Shown: positions 29,377 to 39,132 of the stretch, in pieces
How positions within the stretch are numbered: the first letter of the stretch is position 1
Layout: each line of letters starts with the position of its first letter
The notes under the pieces: generated by a model
The model's input: only the letters and a program-made list of their open reading frames with translations
What the model was told of the DNA's origin: nothing
Database searches by the model: none
NCBI GenBank assembly: GCA_036522515.1
Contig: DATDFQ010000015.1
Coordinates: forward strand, 129,073-193,072
Direction of reading: 5' to 3'
Length of the DNA: 64,000 nt
DNA from: Bacteroidota bacterium
Lineage (GTDB): Bacteria; Bacteroidota; Ignavibacteria; UBA10030; SZUA-254
Translations under genes and position numbers: made by a program

Positions 29377-30414
29377 GTGAACCGCATGCAGATTCAAGAT
29401 CCGGGAGAAGCGATCCGCCAGGCGGCGAGCATCATGGCCCTGCACCAGGAGTTCGTCCTCACCACGCACGTCAACCCCGACGGCGACGGGCTCGGCTCCG
29501 AACTCGCCCTCGCGTGGGCGCTGAGGCAGATGGGCAAGAGCGTCTCGATCCTGAATCACAGCAGCACCCCCGAAAATTATCGCTGGCTCGACCCCGGCCA
29601 GGACCTCGTGCAGTTCTCCTCCGATCGCGACCGCCAGACCCTCCTGAAAGCCGATTGCATCGTCGTCCTCGACACGAACCATCCTGCGCGCCTGCCGAGC
29701 CTCGAGGAACCGCTCCGGGCGGCGAAGGGCGTGAAGATCGTCGTCGACCACCACCTCGATCCCGATCCGTTCGCCGACCGGTACGTAATCGACGACGGGG
29801 CCACCTCCACGGGGGAGATCGTTTACAGGATCCTGAAGGAACTCCCCGGCGTTTCCATCACGAAGGAAATCGCCCGGGCGCTCTACACCGCGATCATGAC
29901 CGACACCGGTTCGTTCCGGTATCCCCGGACCGACCCCGAAATCCATCTCATCGCCGCCCACCTGATCGAACGCGGCGCCGACCCGACCTCCATCTTCGAA
30001 AATGTCTACGAGAACTGGAGCCCCGGACGCCTGCGTCTCCTGGGGGAGGTCCTCGACTCCATGAAAATCGCCCACGACGGGAAGCTCGCCTATATCGTCT
30101 GCACCCAAAAAATGTTCAGCGCGACCGGCACGACCGGCGTGGATACCGATAATTTCACTACATTCCCCATGGGCGTGCGGGGCGTCCTCGTGGGAATTCT
30201 CTTCAACGAGCTGGAAAACGGCGTAAAGATCAGTTTCCGGTCGAAGGGCCGGATTCCGGTCAACGAGCTTGCGAAAGAGTTCGGGGGGAACGGCCACCTG
30301 AACGCGGCCGGCGCCCGTCTCTTCGACGCCCGGCTCGACGCGGTCGTCCCCGAAGTGGTCGCCAGGGCCAAGAAGTACGTGGCCGGATCCTCAACTGAAG
30401 GAATCAAATCATGA
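29377..30414 (+). CDS. nrnA: DHH/DHHA1 phosphoesterase (NrnA-type oligoribonuclease / pAp phosphatase)
   Basis: DHH motifs (HVNPDGDGLGS, DHH, GGGH-like GGNGHLNAAG). Confidence 0.8.
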   Translation: MNRMQIQDPGEAIRQAASIMALHQEFVLTTHVNPDGDGLGSELALAWALRQMGKSVSILNHSSTPENYRWLDPGQDLVQFSSDRDRQTLLKADCIVVLDTNHPARLPSLEEPLRAAKGVKIVVDHHLDPDPFADRYVIDDGATSTGEIVYRILKELPGVSITKEIARALYTAIMTDTGSFRYPRTDPEIHLIAAHLIERGADPTSIFENVYENWSPGRLRLLGEVLDSMKIAHDGKLAYIVCTQKMFSATGTTGVDTDNFTTFPMGVRGVLVGILFNELENGVKISFRSKGRIPVNELAKEFGGNGHLNAAGARLFDARLDAVVPEVVARAKKYVAGSSTEGIKS

Positions 30415-31925
30415 TGAAGCTTACCACCATTCAATCCACGCTCAAACGGGTGCGTGCGGATGCCGTCGCGCTCTTCATCCCCCAGGAGGCGAAGCTGTTT
30501 CGCCAGGAGATGTCGACCCTCCGCAAGCTGTTCGGGAAAAGAATCGACCGGGCGGTCGAACTCGAGAAGTTCGAGGGGAAAGAGGGCCAGGTCCTCGCGC
30601 TCTTCAGCGAGGGCGGGATCTCCGCGCCGAGACTCATCCTTGCGGGCCTCGGGAGTGAGAAGGCCGACCATCCCCGCACGCTCGAGGGCTACCGGCGGGC
30701 CGCCGCGGCCGCGGCCAAGCGGGCCCGCAGCTCAAACGTCAGGCACCTCGCGATCGCTCTTCCGGCCGCCCCGGCCGGAACGGAGATGCCCGAGCTCGCG
30801 GAGGCCCTGATCGAGGGCGCAGTCCTCTCTCTGTATCGCTACGACAAATACTTCACGGACAAGGAACAGCACGACAAGAAGGTGCGCGAACTGACGCTGT
30901 TCGATCCTGCCCCCGCAACGGCCGCGCTCCTGAAGAAAGCCGCCCGGGAGGCCCGCATCGTCTGCGAGGCGGTCACCCTGGCGAGGGATCTGGAAAACGC
31001 TCCGGGGAACGAACTCTACCCCGAAACGCTCGCCGATGCCGCCAGGCGCTCTGCGCTCGCCCACGGATACCGCGCGGAGGTCTGGGACAAGAAACGGATC
31101 GAGCGGATGGGATTCGGCGGACTGATCGCGGTCAACCTGGGAAGCGAGAGGCCGCCCCGGTTCATCATCCTCGAGCACAACTCGGGACGCAAGGACCTCG
31201 ACACGATCGTGCTCGTCGGCAAGGGAATCACGTTCGACAGCGGCGGGATCTCCATCAAGCCCTCGAGCGGGATGGCGGAAATGAAAATGGATATGAGCGG
31301 CGCCGCGGCGGTGGTCGGGACGCTCGAGGCCGCGAGCCGGCTCGATCTGCCCCTTCATATCGTAGGCCTCATTCCTTCCACCGAGAATCTGCTGGGCGGG
31401 CTGGCGATGAGGCCGGGGGACATCATCACGCATTACGGCGGAAAAACCTCCGAGGTGGACAACACCGACGCCGAGGGGCGGCTCGTGCTCGCCGACGCGC
31501 TCGTCTACGCCTCGAAGTACGAACCGAAGGCCGTGATCGACCTCGCGACCCTGACCGGGGCGTGCGTCGTGGCCCTCGGGCACCACGCCTCCGGAATGAT
31601 GGGGAACGACGACGGTCTCATGGCGGCGCTCAAGACAGCCGGGGAAGCGACGTACGAGCGGGTCTGGGAGCTTCCGATGTTTGAGGAATACGAGCCGCAG
31701 ATCAAGAGCGACGTGGCGGATGTAAAAAATGTGGGGGGCCGCTGGGGCGGGGCCATCACCGCCGCGCTTTTTCTCAAAAAGTTCGTCGACGGGTACAAGT
31801 GGGTCCACCTCGATATCGCGGGCACGGCGATCCTCGAAGAATCGCTCCCGTATGCGCCCAAGGGGGGCTCGGGCGTCGGCGTGCGGCTGCTCGTAAACTT
31901 CCTGAGGAACTGGAAGACGGCCTGA
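30411..31925 (+). CDS. pepA: Leucyl aminopeptidase (M17 family)
   Basis: NTDAEGRLVLADAL and GKGITFDSGG M17 signatures. 4-bp overlap with nrnA. Confidence 0.9.
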   Translation: MMKLTTIQSTLKRVRADAVALFIPQEAKLFRQEMSTLRKLFGKRIDRAVELEKFEGKEGQVLALFSEGGISAPRLILAGLGSEKADHPRTLEGYRRAAAAAAKRARSSNVRHLAIALPAAPAGTEMPELAEALIEGAVLSLYRYDKYFTDKEQHDKKVRELTLFDPAPATAALLKKAAREARIVCEAVTLARDLENAPGNELYPETLADAARRSALAHGYRAEVWDKKRIERMGFGGLIAVNLGSERPPRFIILEHNSGRKDLDTIVLVGKGITFDSGGISIKPSSGMAEMKMDMSGAAAVVGTLEAASRLDLPLHIVGLIPSTENLLGGLAMRPGDIITHYGGKTSEVDNTDAEGRLVLADALVYASKYEPKAVIDLATLTGACVVALGHHASGMMGNDDGLMAALKTAGEATYERVWELPMFEEYEPQIKSDVADVKNVGGRWGGAITAALFLKKFVDGYKWVHLDIAGTAILEESLPYAPKGGSGVGVRLLVNFLRNWKTA

Positions 31926-31955
31926 AGAGAATCCCCGCGAAGGATCTATCTGCCA

Positions 31956-32957
31956 ATGAAGCCGGTCATCGCGATTACAATGGGGGATTTCAACGGGATC
32001 GGGCCGGAAGTGGTGCTGAAGAGCCTTCGATCCCCCGCCGTGCGGAAGATCTGTTCGCCGGTCCTTGTGGGTTCGGCCGGCGTCTTCGAATACTATGCCC
32101 GCAAGCTCGGGATCTCTCTTCGCTTCACCACGGTCGGGAAAATGCCGGGAGACGGGACGCCGGGCGCGATCGCCGTCGTTTCGTCGGGCCGCGGGACGCC
32201 CCGGATCAGGCCCGGCCTCCTCTCTGCGGCGAGCGGGAGACGGAGCGCCCAGGCGCTTGAAGAAGCTCTCTCCCTCTGCCTCGACGGGGCCGTGGACGGG
32301 ATGGTGACGGCGCCGGTCTCGAAAGATGCGATGTTCCGCTCCGGCTACCGGTATCCGGGGCAGACGGAATTTCTCGCCTGGCGCTCCGGCGCGCGCGACT
32401 CCGCCATGATGCTCGTCGCCGGCGGGTTCAGGGTGGCGCTGGCCACGGTGCATCTCCCGCTCAGGCAGGTGTCGCAGAACCTCTCAGTCGACCGGATCGT
32501 GAAGAAACTTCGCGTCATCGATGCTTCGTTGCGCCGCGACTTCGCGATCAAGCGGCCGAAGATCGCCCTGCTCGGCCTGAACCCCCATGCGGGTGAACGC
32601 GGCCACATCGGCGCGGAGGAGATTCTGACCATCAGCCCCGCGATCAACCGGGCGCGCAAGGCCGGGATCCTCGCGAGCGGGCCCTTTCCGGCCGACGGTT
32701 TCTTCGGCGCTGCCGCGTTTCGCTCCTATGACGCGGTGCTTGCCATGTACCATGACCAGGGCCTCATACCCCTCAAAATGAGCGCCTTTTCATCGGGAGT
32801 CAATTTCACCGCCGGGCTTCGGATCGTCCGCACCTCGCCGGACCATGGCACGGCGTTCGATATCGCCGGGCGAGGCCTCGCCGATCCCGGCAGCATGATC
32901 GAGGCGATCAAGCTCGCCGCCTCGGTCATCAGGAACAGAAAGAGGTCCCGCCGTTGA
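31956..32957 (+). CDS. pdxA: 4-hydroxythreonine-4-phosphate dehydrogenase
   Basis: MKPVIAITMGDFNGIGPEVVLK...HDQGLIPLK...PDHGTAFDIAG. Confidence 0.9.
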   Translation: MKPVIAITMGDFNGIGPEVVLKSLRSPAVRKICSPVLVGSAGVFEYYARKLGISLRFTTVGKMPGDGTPGAIAVVSSGRGTPRIRPGLLSAASGRRSAQALEEALSLCLDGAVDGMVTAPVSKDAMFRSGYRYPGQTEFLAWRSGARDSAMMLVAGGFRVALATVHLPLRQVSQNLSVDRIVKKLRVIDASLRRDFAIKRPKIALLGLNPHAGERGHIGAEEILTISPAINRARKAGILASGPFPADGFFGAAAFRSYDAVLAMYHDQGLIPLKMSAFSSGVNFTAGLRIVRTSPDHGTAFDIAGRGLADPGSMIEAIKLAASVIRNRKRSRR

Positions 32958-33649
32958 GCGCCGATTCCGCACAGAACCCGGATACGATGATTCGCCTCGA
33001 CCACGTCTCCGTGTCGTTCGAACGCCAGCCCGTCCTCACCGACGTCGTCCTGGAAATCCGCCGGGGCGAGTTCGTTTGCCTGGTGGGCGACACCGGCTCG
33101 GGCAAGACGACCCTGCTCAGATTGATCTATTTCGACCTTCTTCCGGAAGAGGGGACGGTCACCGTCGGCGCTTTCAGCACTTCGTCGGCGCGGAAGCGCG
33201 ACATCCCGAAACTCCGCCGCACGCTCGGGATCGTGTTTCAGGACTTTCGATTCCTGGAAGACAGGACGGTCTTTGAGAATGTATCGTTTACGCTCGAGGT
33301 GACGGGCGCGAAAAAGGCCGAGATTGGGAAGAAGGTGCTGCAGGCGCTGGCGGACGTGGGGTTGAGCCATAAGCGAAACGGGATGCCGCATGAGCTCTCG
33401 GGGGGAGAGCAGCAGCGGATGGTCATAGCGCGGGCGCTGGTGAACGATCCGCTCGTGATCCTTGCCGACGAACCGACCGGGAACCTCGACCTCGCGACCT
33501 CACTCGAGATCCTGCAGCTCCTGAAGAAAATCAACAGCCGGGGCACCGCGGTGATCCTGGCGACGCACAATCACGAGCTCGTCAGGAGATCGGGAAGCCG
33601 GATCATCGGCGTCAGGGAGAGAAGCGTTTCGGAGATCGCGGGGGTGTGA
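32954..33649 (+). CDS. ftsE: Cell-division-type ABC transporter ATP-binding protein (FtsE-like); no adjacent ftsX
   Basis: Walker A GDTGSGKTT, signature LSGGEQQR, Walker B ILADEPTGNLD. 4-bp overlap with pdxA. Confidence 0.8.
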   Translation: MSADSAQNPDTMIRLDHVSVSFERQPVLTDVVLEIRRGEFVCLVGDTGSGKTTLLRLIYFDLLPEEGTVTVGAFSTSSARKRDIPKLRRTLGIVFQDFRFLEDRTVFENVSFTLEVTGAKKAEIGKKVLQALADVGLSHKRNGMPHELSGGEQQRMVIARALVNDPLVILADEPTGNLDLATSLEILQLLKKINSRGTAVILATHNHELVRRSGSRIIGVRERSVSEIAGV

Positions 33650-33657
33650 CACCCCCC

Positions 33658-33761
33658 TGTCATTCTGAGCGGAACGAAGTGAAGCGAAGAATCTCCCACC
33701 TCGAAGAACGAGATCCTTCGCGGAGTTTACACTGAGCGAAGCGAACGTGCTCAGGATGACA
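33658..33761. repeat. MITE-like palindromic element with TGTCAT(C/T)CTGAG ... CTCAGGATGACA terminal inverted repeats
   Basis: The right half is identical to the reverse complement of the left half of the copy at 36391-36492. The family recurs at 40791, 44199, 53098 and 61203. Confidence 0.7.
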
Positions 33762-33764
33762 ATT

Positions 33765-34004
33765 TCATTTCTGCACCGCCTCCACCCTCTTGATCTCGGG
33801 CGCCGCGGAGAGGATCGATCGCTCGAGCCCCGCGCGCAGCGTCATGGGCGACATCGGGCAGATCGCGCAGGTGCCGTGGTACTTCAGAATGACAATCCCG
33901 CCGCTGCGGATTTCGACCAGCTCGATGTCCCCGCCGTCGGCGTGCAGGTACCGCCGGCATTCCTCCAGCGCGCCTTCGACGCGTTCCCGAAGAGAGTCTG
34001 TCAT
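33765..34004 (-). CDS. NifU-like Fe-S cluster assembly domain protein (Nfu)
   Basis: 79 aa. CxxC motif in YHGTCAICPMS. Confidence 0.85.
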   Translation of the reverse strand: MTDSLRERVEGALEECRRYLHADGGDIELVEIRSGGIVILKYHGTCAICPMSPMTLRAGLERSILSAAPEIKRVEAVQK

Positions 34005-34020
34005 GGATTCCGCACCCTTC

Positions 34021-35112
34021 CTACATGTTCAGGCTGATTTCGATCGCCGGCTTCGCCTCACCGTCGAACCCGTGGATGCTCACCTGCGCGGCCATGGAGC
34101 GGGCGATCTGCCGGATATTCTTCGATTGCTCCGATTCGGGCTCGAGCGTGACAATCGGCTTGCCGATGTCTCCGCCGACACGGATCGGCGTGTAGATCGG
34201 GATCTCTCCCAGAAACGACGTCCCCAGTTCCTCCGAAGCGCGCCGCCCGCCCCCCGTCGCGAAGATATCCTCCCGGTGGCCGCAACTCCCGCAGATATAG
34301 TAGCTCATATTCTCGACGATTCCGAGGACGGGGACGTGCACCTTTTCGAACATCTTGAACGCCTTCCGGGCGTCCGCGAGCGCGATATCCTGGGGGGTCG
34401 TGACCACGACGGCGCCGGAGAGAGGGATCGTCTGCACAAGCGTCAGGTGAATGTCCCCGGTCCCGGGGGGAAGGTCGAACACGAGATAATCCAGCTCGCC
34501 CCAGGAGACATCGGACATGAATTGCTTCAGGGCGCCGCTCACCATGGGCCCCCGCCAGATCACCGCCTGGAGCGGTTCGACCAGGAACCCGATCGACATC
34601 ACCTTGATACCGTGCGCTTCGAGCGGGACGAGTTTCTGATCGACCACCACCGGCTTCGTGCTGATGCCCATCATCAGAGGGATGCTCGGCCCGTAGATAT
34701 CCGCGTCGATCAACCCGACCGACGCTCCGTCGAGGGCAAGGGAGACGGCGAGATTCACCGCGACCGTTGACTTCCCCACCCCTCCTTTTCCGCTCGCCAC
34801 CGCGATGGTGTTCTTCACGCCGGGGAGAAGATTGGCCCGCTGCCCCGCGTTGCTGCTTCTAACGTTCGAGGTCATCTCCACGTCGATCGTTCCGACATCC
34901 CCGATCCGATCCCGGATCGATTGGATCGCGGAGGCCTTCAGCTCATCCTTCACGGGACAGGAGGGCGTCGTCAGTTCGATCGCAAAACTCAGGTTGTTCC
35001 CCTTGATGGAAAGGTTCTTGATGAAATTCAATGACACGATGTCGCGGTGCAGATCCGGATCCTTCACGGAGCGGAGCGCGTCCAGCACGTTTGATTCGGT
35101 AAGCGGTTTCAT
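34021..35112 (-). CDS. apbC: Mrp/NBP35-family Fe-S cluster carrier ATPase (ApbC)
   Basis: N-terminal DUF59 domain. Deviant Walker A SGKGGVGKST. CxxC (YICGSCGH). Confidence 0.9.
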   Translation of the reverse strand: MKPLTESNVLDALRSVKDPDLHRDIVSLNFIKNLSIKGNNLSFAIELTTPSCPVKDELKASAIQSIRDRIGDVGTIDVEMTSNVRSSNAGQRANLLPGVKNTIAVASGKGGVGKSTVAVNLAVSLALDGASVGLIDADIYGPSIPLMMGISTKPVVVDQKLVPLEAHGIKVMSIGFLVEPLQAVIWRGPMVSGALKQFMSDVSWGELDYLVFDLPPGTGDIHLTLVQTIPLSGAVVVTTPQDIALADARKAFKMFEKVHVPVLGIVENMSYYICGSCGHREDIFATGGGRRASEELGTSFLGEIPIYTPIRVGGDIGKPIVTLEPESEQSKNIRQIARSMAAQVSIHGFDGEAKPAIEISLNM

Positions 35113-35123
35113 TGGAATTCCTT

Positions 35124-36362
35124 TTAGTCCTTGGTAAGCACGTTCATTTTTTTCCCGACGCGCTCAAACGCCTCGAGAGCGCGATCGAGGTGCCGGCGGG
35201 TGTGCGCCGCCGATATCTGGGCGCGGAGGCGCGCCTCGCCCTGGGGCACGACCGGGAACCATAACCCCTTGACGAACACGCCCGCTTTGAGGAGCGCTGC
35301 GCTCATCTCCTGCGCGACCGCCGCCTCCCCGAGCATAACGGGCACGATCGGGTGCGTCCCGTCAAGGATCCTGAATCCGAGCGCCTTGATCCGTGCCCGG
35401 AAGTACTCCGTGTTTTCCCGGAGCCGCGCGACGATCGAACGGTTCTTCACGAGCAGGTCGAACGCCGCAGCAGCGCCGTAGACGATCGGGGGAGGAAGCG
35501 AATTCGAAAAGGTGTACGGGCGCGATTTCTGGCGCAGGTACGCGACCATCTCGCGCGAGCCGCCGACATAGCCGCCCGCCGCGCCTCCGATCGCCTTCCC
35601 GAGCGTCCCGCTCAGAATATCGATGTCTCCCCTCGTCTGCGTCGCCTCCGGAGTCCCCCTCCCGGTGCGGCCGCACGCGCCGATTCCATGGGAATCGTCG
35701 ACGAACACCATGACCCCGTATCGCCTCGCGAGCCGGACGATCGCGTCGAGGGGCGCCAGGTCCCCCTCCATGCTGAAGACGCCGTCGGTGACGATGATCC
35801 GGAAGCGGTAGTCCCGGTTCTTGTCCTCCTCCAGCATCCGCTCCAGGTCGGCCATGTCCGCGTGCTGATAGATTTTCTTGTCCACCAGTTCAGGCCGGCA
35901 AAGGCGCTGCCCGTCGATGATGCTCGCATGATTCAGCCTGTCGCTGTAGAGCACATCCTTGTACTGGTTCAGGCCCATCTTCTCGTTCACGAGCGAGGCA
36001 AAGAACCCCTCGTTCGCCGCGAAGCAGGAGGAGTAGAGGATGGCATCCTCGCACCCGATGAACTTCGCGATTTTCTTTTCGAGATCCCTGTGGATGTCCT
36101 GTGTCCCGCAGAGGAAGCGGACCGACGCGACCCCGTAGCCGTACTCGCGGATTCCCCGGATTGCGGCCGACTTGACCGCGGGATGGTTGGAGAGGCCGAG
36201 GTAGTTGTTCGAAGCGAGCATCACGAGCTTTTTTCCCCCCACCTCGACCATGCCCCCCTGGGGGCCTTCCAGGGCGGTCTCGTATTTATAAGTTTTCGTC
36301 TCCTCGAGGCGCGCGAGCTCGGCGCGGATGAGATCCATGTTGTCAGTCATTGAAATACCCAT
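35124..36362 (-). CDS. kbl: Glycine C-acetyltransferase (2-amino-3-ketobutyrate CoA ligase)
   Basis: PLP class-II aminotransferase (alpha-oxoamine synthase) motifs. Lys in SGTLGKAIG. Paired with tdh. Confidence 0.85.
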   Translation of the reverse strand: MGISMTDNMDLIRAELARLEETKTYKYETALEGPQGGMVEVGGKKLVMLASNNYLGLSNHPAVKSAAIRGIREYGYGVASVRFLCGTQDIHRDLEKKIAKFIGCEDAILYSSCFAANEGFFASLVNEKMGLNQYKDVLYSDRLNHASIIDGQRLCRPELVDKKIYQHADMADLERMLEEDKNRDYRFRIIVTDGVFSMEGDLAPLDAIVRLARRYGVMVFVDDSHGIGACGRTGRGTPEATQTRGDIDILSGTLGKAIGGAAGGYVGGSREMVAYLRQKSRPYTFSNSLPPPIVYGAAAAFDLLVKNRSIVARLRENTEYFRARIKALGFRILDGTHPIVPVMLGEAAVAQEMSAALLKAGVFVKGLWFPVVPQGEARLRAQISAAHTRRHLDRALEAFERVGKKMNVLTKD

Positions 36363-36390
36363 ATGAGCGGATCGATTGTAATATTGTATG

Positions 36391-36492
36391 TGTCATCCTG
36401 AGCACGTTCGCTTCGCTCAGTGTAAACTCCGCGAAGGATCTATTCCTTGGCGCGTGGAGATCCTTCGGTCGCTTCGCTCCCTCAGGATGACA
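36391..36492. repeat. MITE-like palindromic element (TGTCATCCTGAG ... CTCAGGATGACA), inverted relative to the copy at 33658
   Basis: Outer and inner inverted repeats (CGAAGGATC ... GATCCTTCG). Sits in the 134-bp kbl-tdh gap. Confidence 0.7.
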
Positions 36493-36496
36493 TTCG

Positions 36497-37729
36497 TCAT
36501 TTCTCCGGCCGGAGCAGCACCTTCAGCCCGTCGCCGTTTCGGAGGGCGGTGAACCCCTCTTCGAACCGCGCGAGCGGGAGATCGTGCGTGATAAAACCGG
36601 TCGAGACGAATTTTTCGGCCAGGCCCTTTTTCAGGATCTGCCGCATCAGGTCCCACGTTTCGAATACGCGCCGGCCGATGATCCCGTGGATCGTCACGCC
36701 CCGGAAGATCACATCCTTCGCAAAATCCATCTGCATGACTCCGGACGGCAATCCGAGAAGGGAGATCGCCCCGCCCATCCTCACCACGCGGAAGGCATCC
36801 TCGTAGGCGCGGTAACTTCCCGACATCTCGTACACGGCGTCGACCCCGGTGTTATTGGTTTCCTTCATCACCCGTTGCATGAACGCCTCATGCTCGGCGG
36901 GGACCGAAACGTCGAAGCATGCGTCCGCTCCGTACAGTGTTGCCAGCCTGAAACGCGTCTCCTCCAGCTTCTCGTGCGTCACCGTTCCGTGCGAGGCGTC
37001 GGTGACGAAGACCTTCTTGGCGCCGGCATATTTCGCGACCGCCGTCGCCATCAACCCCTGCACTCCGCAACCCAGAATCGCGATGGTGCCCCCCCTGGAG
37101 GGGACCGACTGCACCGTGTGGGTGGCGTTGCCCAGAGCATCCATGAACGCGATGACTTCGGGCGGAATCTCGCCGGCGGGAAACAGCACGATGTTTTCCG
37201 CGGGCACCACTACGAAGTTCGTGAACGCCCCGTCGTCGTGCACTCCCTTGATCACCGTGTGCTGGCAAACGTGGCGCTCGCCCAGCCGGCACTGGTAGCA
37301 CGTTCCGTCGGTGACGTGCATTTCGGCCGAGGCGAAAAAGTGTTCCTCCAACACTTCGTCAAAATGCCGGTCTTTCGAGAGCTGCTTCGCGTTCCTCCGG
37401 CCGATGAACTTCCCCACGCGGGCGTTTCCCCGGGCGTGGCGGATCATCAATTGCGCGATCATCTCCCTCGCCTTCGTGCCCGAATCGACGATCCTGCCGC
37501 AGAACTCGTGGCCGATGATCACCTCGGGCCGCCTGGCTTTCAGCATCTCCCGGCGGAGCGAGTCCTTCGAGTCGTAAATCCCCCCGTCGGTCCCGCAAAC
37601 GGCGCCGGCGACGACCCGGAGCTTCGCGTCGGTGGACGACTCAATGGACGGCTCGGGACGGTCGGCGAGCGAGAGGCCGCGCTTCCATTCGTTCCCCTCG
37701 ACAGGCCGTGCTTTCAAGATCGATTTCAT
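36497..37729 (-). CDS. tdh: L-threonine 3-dehydrogenase (Zn-dependent MDR family) with an internal ~50-aa insertion
   Basis: GHEFCGRIVDSG and C-terminal GIIGRRVFETWDLM...GFTALRNGDGLKVLL closely parallel E. coli Tdh. Adjacent to kbl. Insertion near residues 85-135. Confidence 0.75.
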   Translation of the reverse strand: MKSILKARPVEGNEWKRGLSLADRPEPSIESSTDAKLRVVAGAVCGTDGGIYDSKDSLRREMLKARRPEVIIGHEFCGRIVDSGTKAREMIAQLMIRHARGNARVGKFIGRRNAKQLSKDRHFDEVLEEHFFASAEMHVTDGTCYQCRLGERHVCQHTVIKGVHDDGAFTNFVVVPAENIVLFPAGEIPPEVIAFMDALGNATHTVQSVPSRGGTIAILGCGVQGLMATAVAKYAGAKKVFVTDASHGTVTHEKLEETRFRLATLYGADACFDVSVPAEHEAFMQRVMKETNNTGVDAVYEMSGSYRAYEDAFRVVRMGGAISLLGLPSGVMQMDFAKDVIFRGVTIHGIIGRRVFETWDLMRQILKKGLAEKFVSTGFITHDLPLARFEEGFTALRNGDGLKVLLRPEK

Positions 37730-39132
37730 GCCTCTGTCGCCTCCGTCTGGTGGTTGGTTTCCGGCGCCGCGGCAGGAGACTTTACGAGCCGCGCCGCGTA
37801 TGTCCCGTCGATATGGTGCCGGTGGGGAAACGTCTCGATCGAGCCGTCCGGGCCCACCGCGGCCTTATTGACGAAGCGGGAGGCGTCGTCGAGCGAGTAT
37901 TCCGGATGCCGGTCGAGGAACGACCGGATTTGCATTCCGTTTTCCTCCGGCTCGGTCGTGCACGTGCTGTAGACCAGGACGCCGCCGGGTTTTACGAGCT
38001 GCGCGCCCCGTTCGAGGAGGTTCGTCTGCTGACGGGCAAGCCGCTCGATATCCTCCGGCTCGCGCTTCCACTTGATGTCGGGTTTTTTTCTGAGGACTCC
38101 CAGCCCGGAACAGGGGACGTCGATCAGCACCCGGTCCGCCTGCGGGGTATCGATGACGGTTCCGTCCGCCACGTGCAACCGGACGTTCCGGATGCCGAGC
38201 CGCTCGCAATTGATTTTGATGATCCTGAGCCGGCTCTCGTACTTGTCGACGGCGAGAAGCTCCCCCTGATTGTTCATCAGTTCCGCGATAAACGTCGTCT
38301 TGCCCCCCGGCGCCGCGCACATGTCGATGACACGGTCCCCGGGCTGCGGGTCGAGCAGGAGCACCGCGAGCGCCGCGCTCTCGTCCTGGATCGAGAAGAA
38401 CCCGCTCTGGAACATCTTCATCTGCCCGATCCCCGAAAGGCTTTTCAGTTTGATGAAATAGTCGATGAAGCTCGACCCCTGGTAGGTGATCCTGGCGGTG
38501 TCGAGCATCGAGAGGAATTCGGGGGGCGCGATCTTCAGCTTGTTGATGCGGAGGGTCAGGCTGGGAATCTCGTTATTGACCGCCAGAAACTTCTCGAGCT
38601 CCTCCCTGTTGAACCGGGTCATCCAGCGCTTCACCATCCAGAGGGGGTGCGAATAGTAGACCGCGAGGTATTGCGCGAGGTCGTCGTCGGGTTTCGGATA
38701 ATGGATCGCGTCGAGGCTCCGGATGATGTTCCGAAGGACCGCGTTGACGAGATGGCCCGATTTTTCGCCGCGGATCCGCTTGATGAACTCGACCGCCTCG
38801 TTGACGGCGGCGTAGTGGGGCACATGGGTCAGGAACAGGAGCTGGTAGAGCGCGACGCGGGCGGTGTTCTTGACGTTGACCTCGGATTTCGAAAAATTCC
38901 CGTGCGTGAACCCGTTCAGCACCCAGTCGAGCCTTCCCTGCCAGCGCATGACGCCGTGCACGATCTCCGCGAGCAGGTTCTTGTCCAGATCGGAGAGCTC
39001 CCCCGACCTCAGCTCCACGTCGAGGAGCTTGTCGAGATACGAGTCGGTCCGCTCGATCCGGTTCAGTATCTTGACGGCGGTCCCCCGGGGACCGGCGTAC
39101 AATGCCTGGCGCTCCGCGGTCTCGGTTGCCAT
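37726..39132 (-). CDS. rsmB: 16S rRNA (cytosine967-C5)-methyltransferase RsmB/Sun
   Basis: NusB-like N-domain. SAM MTase motif DMCAAPGGKT. Catalytic PCSG/TC pattern. Confidence 0.85.
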   Translation of the reverse strand: MATETAERQALYAGPRGTAVKILNRIERTDSYLDKLLDVELRSGELSDLDKNLLAEIVHGVMRWQGRLDWVLNGFTHGNFSKSEVNVKNTARVALYQLLFLTHVPHYAAVNEAVEFIKRIRGEKSGHLVNAVLRNIIRSLDAIHYPKPDDDLAQYLAVYYSHPLWMVKRWMTRFNREELEKFLAVNNEIPSLTLRINKLKIAPPEFLSMLDTARITYQGSSFIDYFIKLKSLSGIGQMKMFQSGFFSIQDESAALAVLLLDPQPGDRVIDMCAAPGGKTTFIAELMNNQGELLAVDKYESRLRIIKINCERLGIRNVRLHVADGTVIDTPQADRVLIDVPCSGLGVLRKKPDIKWKREPEDIERLARQQTNLLERGAQLVKPGGVLVYSTCTTEPEENGMQIRSFLDRHPEYSLDDASRFVNKAAVGPDGSIETFPHRHHIDGTYAARLVKSPAAAPETNHQTEATEA

